A stretch of 64,000 nucleotides of DNA from Octopus sinensis (Eukaryota): the NCBI RefSeq assembly GCF_006345805.1, contig NC_043012.1, positions 22,196,001 through 22,260,000 of the forward strand, given 5' to 3'. Within the stretch, counting starts at the first letter, position 1; each line of letters starts with the position of its first letter. Below are positions 52,146 to 64,000 of this stretch, piece by piece. The notes beneath the pieces were generated by a model, which had not been told where the DNA came from, made no database searches, and was given only the letters and a program-made list of their open reading frames with translations. A program made the translations under genes and the position numbers.

Positions 52146-52609
52146 AAATATTACTAAGATGGTCCTGTCATCAAGTGGATTGTACCTGTAATTATAAAAA
52201 GACAGCCTTGTCACACACGTTGCGTCACGTTGATTCTAGTTGAGAATTACGCTACACAAGTCTGCGGAACACTCAGCCACTTACACGTCAATCCATTAAG
52301 GACTAGGTAATTTCAGTTGATTGAACAACAAGCTGAATACTCCTCGGCGAAGCTGATGGACGATCTATCATAGTTTAATATAGCCTATTGTTAATGTCGT
52401 GTTAATGTTGGATTACCTGTTCCTATTTACACCTGGGAACAGAACAACCTTTTTCTTTCTTCATTTACTTAATCGATAAACAATAGAATAGAAGAGATTA
52501 CACCAAAGATATTGATCTCTTTCACACGGCACAAATGCAGTTTTCTTGTCTTTTCGTTTTTTGTTATTGCTGTTTTCTCGTGTTGTTGCTGACGAAGTTG
52601 TTGTTGTTA

Positions 52610-52852
52610 GGCGGCGAGCTGGCAGAATCATTAGCACGCCCGACCAAATGCTTAGCAGCATTTCGTCTGTCTTTACGTTCTGAGTTCAAATTCCGCCGGA
52701 GTCGACTTTGCCTTTCATCGCGTTGGAGTCGATAAATCAAGTACCAGTGAAACACCGGGATCAATGTAATCGACTAGTCTCCTCCTCACAAGTTCCAGGC
52801 AGTGTACCTACAGTAGAAGGGATCATTATTGTCATTGTTATTATTATTATTA

Positions 52853-52890
<38 letters not shown>

Positions 52891-53090
52891 AGGCGACAAC
52901 ACCCGACGAAATGCTTAGCGGCATTTCGTCCGTCTTTACGTTCTGAGTTCGAATTCTGCTGAGGTCGACTTTGTCTTTCGCTCTTTCAGGATCGATAAAA
53001 TAAAAATCGGTTGAGCACTGGGGTCGATGTAATCGACTTACCCCTCAGCTGAAATTACTGACCACGTGCCAAAATTTGAAACTATTATTA
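52610..53090 (+). mobile_element. Two SINE family 2 copies with (ATT)n-type tails
   Basis: Heads at 52610 and about 52890, separated by (ATT)n. Confidence 0.8.
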
Positions 53091-53118
53091 TTATGGTTTG
53101 TCTCAAGTTCGGTCTTAC

Positions 53119-53153
<35 letters not shown>

Positions 53154-53399
53154 GTTATAATAGGTATATAATTACCGGGCGTTGGTATATTTTCAGACTG
53201 CAAGCAAGACTGTGTAAGATTAACGAGAGATCCGTTGGTTTACAATGCTAAATTCACTTACTGATGTAAAAATTAGCTGTTTCTGGTAAGAGGCATATTT
53301 TTCTTCTTTTCTGCAGGAAAACCAATTTCTTTTTGTCATGATGTTTACATTAATATATCTTCTTCATCGTTATCATCATCATCGTCATTGTCGTCGTCG

Positions 53400-53790
53400 T
53401 CATCATCATCGCTTAACGTCCGGCCTTTCATGCTTTCATGGGTCAAATGGAATACATTGTGGCAATTTTTTTCTACGGCCGGATGCCCTTCATGTCGTCA
53501 ACACTTACCTGTTTCTGAGTAAGGTAATATTGAACCCCCTTCCATGACTTGATATGTTTTTCATAGATAACTCGAACGACTCATGACAGAGATGTTCGTT
53601 TACTAATATCACAGAATGTCGAGACGCGCGCGCGCGACACACAGGCTCCTTTCGGTTTCTGTCTACAAAATTCACTCACAAGGTTTTTGTCAGCCCGTGA
53701 CTACAGAAAGAGACACTTGCCCAATGTGCCGCGCAGTGAAACAGAGACGAGATGTTTGATAAGCAAGCTTGTTGACCACACAGCCACACT
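53400..53790 (-). mobile_element. SINE family 1 head with alternative 3' half ending GGACGTTAAGCGATGATGA
   Basis: Head at about 53790-53640; ggccggatgccctt domain; (TGA)n tail at 53400. Confidence 0.7.
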
Positions 53791-55345
53791 TGCGGCACTG
53801 TGTGTGTAAGGTTTACTTACAAAAAGGATTTTTAAAAAGACACATTCAACTCAAACCAAACTATGCATTAGGATACTTATTGACATTCATCTCCTTTCAT
53901 ATCGGATGCGTTTATGGAAAAGTGTATGAACTTTGAATTTGCGAATCTCGAATCACTTGGGGGTTCTGTTCCCCAACAACAGTGCCCTCTAAACTTGAGT
54001 CACTAAATTATTTATAAATTTAAGAGTTTATGGTCCCGTGTATAAAATTAGGTTTCGCCGGGTGAGGGGAAGTTGGCACGCCCCAAATATATAGGGAAAT
54101 CCGCTTATGCCAATTTTTATGTCCGTTGCAGATTCGTGGGAATTATTTTCGGTGATGAAATACATGTTTTGGGTCAATGACATAAAATGAAGAAAATTAA
54201 GGACAAAAACATTTTATTCCTTTACGTGATTCAACCTAAAGGCTCTGGCCATGCCGAGGCACCACCTTTTCAATATCCATTCCTAAGTGGTTGGCCCCTT
54301 CCCAAAAATTTCGGGCCTTGTACCTAGAATAGAAAAGAATAAGAACCAGACTTTATGAAACAAAAGCAACTGAATACTAGGATTAATTTGTTCGACTAAA
54401 ACCTTAAAATCAGGGCTCCAGCATGGCCGCCGTCCTATTAAAGAGTAAAGTACAAATCGTCACCAATGTATTTCCTACACTCCGTATTTGTTCTTTGGCT
54501 TTGTTTTTTACTTAAATATTTTTTTATGATTTGCTCATGTTCAAAGCTCGGCTGATTGGAGATTATGATTGGTTGGTTCGGTTGGTTGTATTCGTTTTTA
54601 ACTTAATTCTATCCGTTTTACAGGGCTTTCACTTCTTCACATTCGAACCAGCATTGTCATTTTTATATATTATATTACTTTTCGGTATGGCAATATGTAT
54701 ATATATATTTTACATAGAGATAATATATATATATACATGCATACAAATAATACACAAACAGACATATTACATATATTTATATACATACATATAATGTATA
54801 TATATATATATATATATACATACATACAAACATACATACAAACATATATATATATATTGTTATATTGTATATATACTAAGAACTCCCAAATACTAAAAAG
54901 TCTTCAGTTGCTGCCCTTTCGTGTAATGGCGCCGTGTAGGGAATAACTGTCATGGCGTTGGTTTGTTTACAAATCTAAAAGCAGGGAAAATTGTCTACGA
55001 GAATTATTACGCTCGCCCATGGATTTCGATCTACGGAGACAATATTCCGCGTGCATCGATGATTTTTCTCTTTATTAATTTTTGTAAATAAACTATTCTA
55101 TTCTATTCTAACCTATCTTAAGGCTAAGCTAGAATATATAAAAGCAATGTTTGTATACAATATATTATTTCCCTTTGAGATAGAAAATGGAGAAATAAAA
55201 GCATAACTTTCATAGTTCCGATGCAGTTCAGTAAAAATGTGCAAAATGTACGAATTTATAGGCTGTGAGATTGAATTAGAAGTGTTAAGTTAGAGTTCCT
55301 TATTCCAAGAAATACAGAAGGCGAAGGAACGAATCGCGAGGACTG

Positions 55346-55348
<3 letters not shown>

Positions 55349-55411
<63 letters not shown>

Positions 55412-55415
55412 ATAT

Positions 55416-55446
<31 letters not shown>

Positions 55447-55471
55447 CCACATATATATATATATATATAAT

Positions 55472-55516
<45 letters not shown>

Positions 55517-55541
55517 TATTATATATAATATATATATACAC

Positions 55542-55606
<65 letters not shown>

Positions 55607-55633
55607 TATATATATATATATATAGATATATAT

Positions 55634-55677
<44 letters not shown>

Positions 55678-55705
55678 CACATATATATATATATAGATAT
55701 ATATA

Positions 55706-55745
<40 letters not shown>

Positions 55746-55796
55746 CACATATATATATATAATATATATTATATATATACACACACATATATATAT

Positions 55797-55838
<42 letters not shown>

Positions 55839-55968
55839 CACACATATTATATATATATAATACACACACATATATATATATATTATACACACAATATATC
55901 TATATATATATACATACATATAATGTATATATATATATATACACACACATATATATATATATATATAT

Positions 55969-56052
<84 letters not shown>

Positions 56053-56101
56053 TACACACATATATATAAATATATCTATATATATATATACATACATATA
56101 T

Positions 56102-56148
<47 letters not shown>

Positions 56149-56255
56149 TATATATATATATGCACATATATATATATATAACACATATATATATATACAC
56201 ACAACACACACACACACTCACACACACACACACACACATACATATATATATATAT
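55349..56255. repeat. About 900-bp compound (TA)/(CA) microsatellite
   Basis: Direct observation. Confidence 0.95.
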
Positions 56256-57191
56256 GGCGGTGCCCCAGCATGGCCACAGCTCATTAGCTGAAACTGGAAA
56301 AATCAAAATCAAAATCATATATATATATATACAGGCATATACGTACACATATATATGTGAAATAGGAGTCAGATATATTATTGAAGAACAGTTTTCAGCT
56401 CCGAGCCTACGACTTTAAGTAGCACAGAGCTGTGTGAAATTGTAATTAAATACATACATACACACACACACATACATACACACATACTTACATACATACA
56501 TAATACATACATACACACATACATACATACATACATACATACATACATACATACATACATACATGTAGTCTAGACATAATAATGAAGACTGTAAAGTTGC
56601 CCATCTTTAAAATGTATTTAAGATCATTTTCTGCGTATTAAATTCCGACATATGTTTCTACTGAATAAGAAGTGTCTCGTGATTCTTTGCTGTGATGATT
56701 TTGTACATCTAATCGATTTATATTGAAATCAACTATGGTACAAATTCTGATCCAAAGGTTGACAATCGGATGCAGCTTTTTTTACAAGGTGTTCTTCGTA
56801 CGGGCGGATGAAGCGAACTGAATTCAGTGTTTACCAATCGAAAGGGGTACAACTAGACTTTTTTTTTTCTAAATTATTCTAACCATCTTCTGATAATGAT
56901 ACAAGGTTCCATCATTGTCACCTTTTAAACTCGAGAAAAGTCTTGCACATTTTTACTGTTCCGCTTACACATTGTATTTGTAATGTGCGAGTTAATTAAT
57001 TGATTCCTTTTTCTGAAAATCCAAGCTAATCTGGATTGTTACTTGGGCATTTACTCACAAAACCAAGTGTATCAATCATTATTATTGGTATAAATGTGAA
57101 TTTATAATCTGTATATAGAAACTGGAGGTTTCGAAGCATTTGTTTATAATTATAATAATAATAATATAATAATAATAATAATAATAATAAA

Positions 57192-57436
57192 ACATTGTGT
57201 ACAGTGCTCAGGTGCACTACAACTCATCTAAAGTGTATGTATAATCAGGTGTATTTTCGGCGGATTTCGGAAAGCATGAGGGCCTTAAAGGATGCAGTGT
57301 CATGGCAGTCAACAACTGACGCAGGCAGTTTGTTCCATGCTTCAGCAACTCTGAGCGTGAAAAAATGTTTCCGAAAGTCATGGGAGCTGTGTTGTTTTCT
57401 GACTTTGTAGGCATGTCCACGTGTGTTAGACACATG
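57192..57436 (-). mobile_element. CR1/L2-like LINE 3' fragment with (TAA)n tail
   Basis: SNTRGHAYKVRK..RKHFFTLRVAEAWNKLPASVV motif. Confidence 0.85.
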
Positions 57437-57817
57437 TAGCATGACAGCTAACTTACGTTATCTTGTTTGAATGAAATAACTCTACATTTGTGTTTTCTGT
57501 CAATGAAAATACAGCTGTGGGTAAATTTAAATGAGTAAGATTGATATTTCCAATCACCCTCATTAAATTTACTTACTCTCTCCTTCCCTGGTTGCTACTG
57601 TGCCAAACATACCAGAAAACCACCTCATACTTACACTCATTTTACTACTCCCCTTGACACTCATTCTCTTTCTATCGTCTTTTATAAGTCGCCGCTTTTT
57701 ACAATATTTCCTTAGACTGACAGCAAACAAAGAAGATCAAGTTCATAACATATAGGCTGTTGTTGATATTGTTGTGGCTGCTTTTTATTATTATTATTAT
57801 TCGTTATTAATATTGAA

Positions 57818-58025
57818 GGCGGCGAACAGGCAAAATCTTTCGCACGCCGGGCGAATGCCTAGCAGCATTTCGCCTGTATTTACGTTCTGCGTTCAAATTC
57901 CGCCGCGGTCGATTTTGTCTTTCATCCTTTCGAGGTGGATGAAATAAGTACCAGTTGATCACACGGGTCGATGTAATCGACTCATCCCATCCCCTCAAAT
58001 TTGCTTCCCTTGTGGAAAATTTCTA
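57818..58025 (+). mobile_element. SINE family 2 copy
   Basis: Family-2 head and core. Confidence 0.8.
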
Positions 58026-58039
58026 AATTATTATCGTTG

Positions 58040-58103
<64 letters not shown>

Positions 58104-58135
58104 TATTTATTATTGTTATTTTTTTATTATTATTA

Positions 58136-58171
<36 letters not shown>

Positions 58172-58479
58172 CCCTCCCCACCATCTTCGTCACAAAGAGC
58201 ACCCTACTACTATTACTGCTGCTGCTGCTGCCATCACTAAACCGAGTTCGTCTACTTAGAAAAATCCAAGTTTCCATGATGAGAGAGATTATCCCATCTA
58301 AATTTCTTTTGCTGCTGTTTTTCATTATGTCACGTACGAGCGACACTAGGATTAGATATTTTTCTTTTAAAGATAACGAACAGCACGGTCGGAATTTTTA
58401 CCAGGGATTATTTTCATTGTTCACCGGTGTTGAAGCAACTTTCATTGCGGAACGAACAAATCATGATAGCAGCGGTTCA

Positions 58480-58522
<43 letters not shown>

Positions 58523-58909
58523 GTCCTGTTCTTGTACAAAGATGTATGGAAGTAAGAGATAGTGAGGTAAGAGGGTGGCCGGGATACATGTAGACAGAAC
58601 GACAGAAAATGCTACTGATACGAACGTAAACAGCTAACAGACAGACAGACAGGGAGAGGGGCGGAGAGGGGATTAGTATTAAACAATCTGGTACGTAGAT
58701 AAAGATATTACTTGGCATATTGTTAACTCCGTCGTTGGTTGAAACGATGGACATCCTTTGTTAAATACAATTCCTTCGAATTACAAAAATATAAAAAAAA
58801 TTGACCACACGACCTCCTCCATGCTAGTAGTGGTCAGTTATGTAATGGTCAACAAGAATCAACGACAAATACCAAGTGAGCAATCTGTGAGCACTGAACT
58901 ATCGTAAAG

Positions 58910-58970
<61 letters not shown>

Positions 58971-58974
58971 CACC

Positions 58975-59180
58975 ATGTTGATTCGTTAGTTACTGCACGC
59001 ATTTTTTTTCTCTCCTTCTTTCTGTGTTTTTTTTCTCTCTGTGTATCTTTCTGTTGAAGAGCGTAGGCTCGAAACGTTAAAGACTTGTTTTATTTATATT
59101 TCCTGAGCGCCATACTAATACAATTGTTTGTTTGTTTTCCACCTGCCTTCGTCTTTTGTCTATTTTCATAAAGCTTCCCG

Positions 59181-59182
<2 letters not shown>
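58975..59182 (+). mobile_element. Family A mini-element between two (TA)n tracts
   Basis: tcttt-CTGTTGA-A-gagc[gtag]gctc-GAAACGTT-aaaga at 59046-59083. Confidence 0.7.
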
Positions 59183-59217
<35 letters not shown>

Positions 59218-59420
59218 AATTTAGATAGGGGTTGTAAATGCAACCCTCCATGGGATAACATATATCCAATATACTGCTAGTGAAGTACCCAACAAAGTTA
59301 ATACATAAATGTTAATGATTGCGATGCAATCAATTCATTTACTGTATTATATGGGCAAAAGTAAAATGATTTACCACAAATTACTAATTTGAGTTAGATG
59401 TATTCTCCATTTTCTTATCT

Positions 59421-59493
<73 letters not shown>

Positions 59494-59950
59494 CAATGGG
59501 GTGAGAAGTTCAAAAATAATTAATTTTTGACTCTATGTTAAGTAGCCGGACATAAATTATAATCTATGTCCAGCAACGTTGAATTAGGTACCATATGGTA
59601 AGTCTGAGAATAAATACTAATATTTCATCAATAATCGTCAGTCCAACAAATTATATTCTTCCCAATGAGCCGCAGGCGAAACAGAATATATTTTGTCAGA
59701 CTAACGATTTGATATAGAGAGAGATAAAAAAGGAGGCAGGCAAAATTTTGGATAATTCTTTATTAGCGCTTGCGTTCTTTTATCGAACTCGTCAAGACAA
59801 AATCAAAATGGGAGAAAACAGAAGTTTTCGTTGTTCATTTAAATGAATCGGATGGGTTTTTGGGGGTTTGTTTTTGCTTTGTTTAGAAGAGAAGAAAAGT
59901 ATTTTTGTTTTTTGGGGAAAGAGGGAACGAGAGGAAGAAAAGCAAAGAGG

Positions 59951-59993
<43 letters not shown>

Positions 59994-60035
59994 CAGGACA
60001 ATCAAGAAAGAGGGGAAAATAATAAAGGATGGGTA

Positions 60036-60101
<66 letters not shown>

Positions 60102-60110
60102 TGATAGATA

Positions 60111-61107
60111 TGTTTCTTTATTAGCCACACAGGGCTGCACACAGACAGGACAAATTACAGGGTAGAGCTTTTCTTTTGGAGGTGAAAAAGGGGGTTTGGT
60201 TTTCGATCAAAAGGGATCGTAAAAGGAAAGAAAGAGGACAAAAAAGGGGGGGATAAAATTTTTTTTAAAAAAAGGGAAAGAAAAAAAAGGGAAAGGAAAA
60301 AATTGATCAATAGGGATCGTTATCACAGAAATGTCAATATGAAGTGTAAAGGGGAGGACAGGTGAGGTTTACCCGTGGAAAGAAAAGCCTACGGAAAAGA
60401 TCACGGTAACCTCGGTCAATGAAGTCACATATTATTTTTTTTTTTTACAATTAAGCAACTCTCTGTATTAATTTTTACGGTTCATAGGATCATAGTCAAG
60501 GTGGCTTCGTCATTCATACGTGCCATCCTTGCTACATTCGCCCATCTTTTTTTAAAACATTCACTAGACAAAACTTGCCTCTCTACTCTCACTTTCCTCT
60601 TCAAGTGATACTTGAAGAAGTTGATGAGAGATTGACTAGAGAGAAAAGTGTTTGTCTCTAATCCTTTCAGGCGCGTCCACCAGATACATTCTTTCGCCAT
60701 AGCCACAAGTATGATAAAAATAGCTCTTCCTTCCCGTTTGAAGGAAGGAGGCGTGACGATATTAACGATAGACTCGGCTGATAAACCGACACGTCCCACA
60801 CGTGACAGCAGTCGTTCGACATAAGCCCACAGGTCGGAGATTGTTGGACACTGCACGATTGCGTGCAGAACGGTTTCGTCGTTCTGCCCGCATCTCGGGC
60901 AGGTCGGCCCCGTGTTTCTCGAGCCATGCCTATAGAGCTTATCCCGAACGGGTAGCGCTTCTCGGTAGCACCACCAGGCCAGGGATCTCTGGAAGTTGTC
61001 CATAGGTCCCGGCCCGAAAGTCGTTTCAAACAGGCGGGTCAGGTATTCCTCGTCGACGCCCAGGTTTGCCCCAAGATCGTCGTCGTACCTCCCCTCCACT
61101 AATCCCC
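60111..61107 (-). mobile_element. 5'-truncated Tx1/L1-clade LINE (open zinc-knuckle C-terminus + complete 3' UTR) within (TATC)n
   Basis: Uninterrupted frame to the stop at 60482: AWWCYREALPVRDKL..CPRCGQNDETVLHAIVQCP..LW, and AKECIWWTR. (GATA)n lies directly on both sides. Confidence 0.85.
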
Positions 61108-61169
61108 TAGATAGATAGATAGATAGATAGATAGATGGATGGATGGATGGATGGATGGATGGATGGATG

Positions 61170-61283
<114 letters not shown>

Positions 61284-61539
61284 CAAACCCATGCGTGCAC
61301 GTGTACACATGCAAGAAACAGTCGGCTGCAGAGTTCGCAATTCCATCTAGGGAAAATGTGAAGTATAACATCAACGTAAAAAAAAAAATTGCGTGTTAAA
61401 TATTATACGCACAGCTTACAATACAAACACTAATTTTTATGCTTGTAATCGAAACACAACGTACTTGTATGTATCACGGACAAAAGTATCCACCAAAATT
61501 CCTCCTAGCAAAAAAAAAACATGTCATGAAGCATAATCC

Positions 61540-61920
61540 AAAGTACATAACGCTATTGACAAAGGGTGTGCCGGAATTAGCCACAAGTTTACAGTTAGAA
61601 GATAGAACAGAATGTTTGGCAAAGTGGAAACCATACATCACCCTGGAAGACCACAAGGCAATGTTTTTAACAGATCATGAACGTATACTGTTTAACTCAG
61701 TAAAGTATGATTAGGCATTGTAAATAAATCTCATAGAATCTATTAACTCCAGAATTTGACAGGCAACAAGGCTAACACAATGAAACAACGGTTCTTCTAT
61801 AACCGATTGATTCAACAACTGCATGAACAAAAAGTACAAATTCACTGAAATTCCACAGAATATATCTAAAAATTTCTGTTATAGATAGATGTAAACAATT
61901 TGTACAAACCACACTAGTTC
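61540..61920 (+). mobile_element. Decayed Penelope-like element, N-terminal of the RT domain
   Basis: LQLEDRTECLAK..YITLEDHKAMF..INSRI*QAT.L.Q..D*FNN resembles PLE L.DR...ITLKDHK..F..IN..I..W..FN motifs. Confidence 0.65.
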
Positions 61921-62299
61921 GACGTTAACTCATCAGAGAGAACAAAACAAAAAAAAACACTGAATTTACTCGTGTATAAATTGCACCTCAAATTTACCCT
62001 AATATCTTGGCAGAAATTTTTTTATTTTCTTAGTTTTAGCTTTGTCTCGTGTATAACTTTTATCCCAGTTTTTGTTCAGTTAACATTAAATACAAAAGAG
62101 TGCGAGTGCAGTTTCTTTATAGGCACACTGCTTATTAATAAGATTAAAATAAGAATAATCTAGATAGCAGGAGTTGTTTATTGATGTGATCCCTGTTGCT
62201 GGCGACCCGTAGGAGATTCTGCCATATTTGGTTCGAAATTTGACAAAAAGTCGTTGTAACTCTTCAAACTGCTTCACTTGTTTATGTAGTTTGGGTCTA

Positions 62300-62560
62300 A
62301 ATTTGGATTCCTACGTCAGCAAAAATGGATCGCAAGACGGATTCTTCAAACCGAGCCAAATGACAGGAGACCAAGGGGTAGACTTAGAATGAGGTGGTTA
62401 GATAAATATCCATAGAGTCTCGGATATGGGATCCAGCAAGAATGTGTAAGAACGGTTGCTTTTGATATGGCCCTATGGAGGAGCGACCTGAGGATTCTAC
62501 CTCCACGACCCTCCTAGATATCGTGGGTGGAGAAAATGCATGGATGGATAATGTGATGGA
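62300..62560 (+). mobile_element. RTE-clade (Expander/Rex3-like) LINE 3' fragment
   Basis: RRPRGRLRMRWLD..GIQQE..VAFD..LWRSDLRILPPRPS* C-terminal motif. Confidence 0.65.
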
Positions 62561-62877
62561 AAAAACACAGCAATACCTTTCACAGTATAGGAAGTTTCAT
62601 ATTGCATTGTAACTGAATTTCGTACAAACTTTGATTTGTCATTTTGTAACTCAACAATGGTATCATCTTCATATTCTTCATCAATAATGATAATAATAAT
62701 TATAATCGTTTAACGTCCACTTTTCCGAACTTGTATGGGTCAGGAGGAATTTTATTGAGGTAGGTTTTCTATGGCCGGTTTCCCTTCTTGTCGCCAACCC
62801 TCACCTATTTTCAAGCAAGCTATTTCCCCTTAGACATGTTTTCACAGAAAAATGGAAACAAATAACAGAGACGCATA

Positions 62878-63303
62878 GGCGTAGGAGTGACTGTGTGGTA
62901 AGTAGCTTGCTTCCCAACCACATGGTTCCGGGTTCAGTCCCACTGCGTGGCACCTTGGGCAAGTGTCTTCTACTATAGCCTCGGGCCGACCAATGCCTTG
63001 TGAGTGGATTTGGTAGACGGAAACTGAAAGAAGCCTGTCGTATATATGTATATATATATATATATATGTGTGCGTATGTATATGTTTGTGTATCTGTATT
63101 TTACCCCCCAACATCGCTTGACAACCGATGCTGGTGTGTTTACGTCCCCGTAACTTAGCGGTTCGGCAAAAGAGATCGATAGAATAAGTACTAGGCTTAC
63201 AAAGAATAAGTCTTGGGGTCGATTTGCTCGACTAAAGGCGGTGCTCCAGCATGGCCACAGTCAAATGCCTGAAACAAGTAAAAGAGTAAAAGAGTAAAGA
63301 GAG
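62878..63303 (+). mobile_element. Full-length SINE family 1 copy nested in an older minus-strand SINE (62700-63560)
   Basis: Family-1 sequence with AGAGACGC on both flanks. The host tail lies left and the host head lies right. Confidence 0.85.
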
Positions 63304-63575
63304 ACGCTCCTTTACAACTATGACGCGATGTCAAAAAAGAGAGACAGAGACAAACATATACACACACACACATTCGCGCGCATACATACGAACAACACAT
63401 ACACACACACACACACACACATTCTTTCTTTCTTGTTTCAGTGTCCGTCTACAAAATCTATTCACAAGGTTTTGGTAGGTCGGGGCCTATAGTAAAACGG
63501 AACTGAACCGGAAACTACGTATATTGTTGAGAAGTAAGCTTAACCATACAGCCACGCTTCTGTGTGTGTGTTTGT

Positions 63576-63654
<79 letters not shown>

Positions 63655-64000
63655 TGTGTGTGTGTTTGGCGATGCAGGCAAGAGAAAAAGCACACAATAT
63701 GCAAAGTAGAACATACATGTCTTTATTCTTTAGCCATAAAGCTAAATAAGTAACTCAAAAGTCTGGAGTCACTTACTTTTACAGTTAAATGATGAAGAGC
63801 TGCGTGTGTGCGCCTGCGCAAGTTGTAGTTAAAAGTAACTTATCTATAATTAAGTTTCATGCCGACAGAGGCAATAATTCTTAACGAAGTGTTTTAATCA
63901 AGTGTTTGTTATTTAAACCGAAAGCTATTGAATAACTTAACTGTCGTCACTTAAATAAAATTATTCATTGAAAAATCCATCTGGTGAATGTCTTCAGTAT

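Overview
Repeat-saturated, AT-rich eukaryotic DNA. It is most likely an octopus or other coleoid cephalopod; this is inferred from my recollection of the SINE families and microsatellite load and was not database-checked. I find no intact host protein-coding gene, rRNA, functional tRNA or CRISPR array. Most ORFs in the supplied track are microsatellite or SINE translation artefacts. The window holds three tRNA-derived SINE superfamilies in dozens of copies and LINE fragments of the R4/Dong, Tx1/L1, CR1-like, RTE and Penelope-like types. It also holds decayed DNA transposons (two Tc1, mariner, pogo/Tigger, a full-length hAT with its 8-bp TSD, MITEs). Main observations: (1) at least three, possibly four, families of short TA-flanked elements carry minimal type I hammerhead-ribozyme folds with palindromic stem III, including a recurrent variant core; (2) a SINE subfamily's last 44 nt match the 3' end of the Tx1-type LINE in this window (35/44, ungapped), and it repeatedly lands at GGTAT inside other SINE copies, forming nested insertions and a 183-bp tandem array; (3) two LINEs sit in specific microsatellites; (4) SINEs swap 3' modules at fixed breakpoints; (5) weak traces of a shattered LRR/TIR-like pseudogene. 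Boundaries of old, degenerate copies are approximate.
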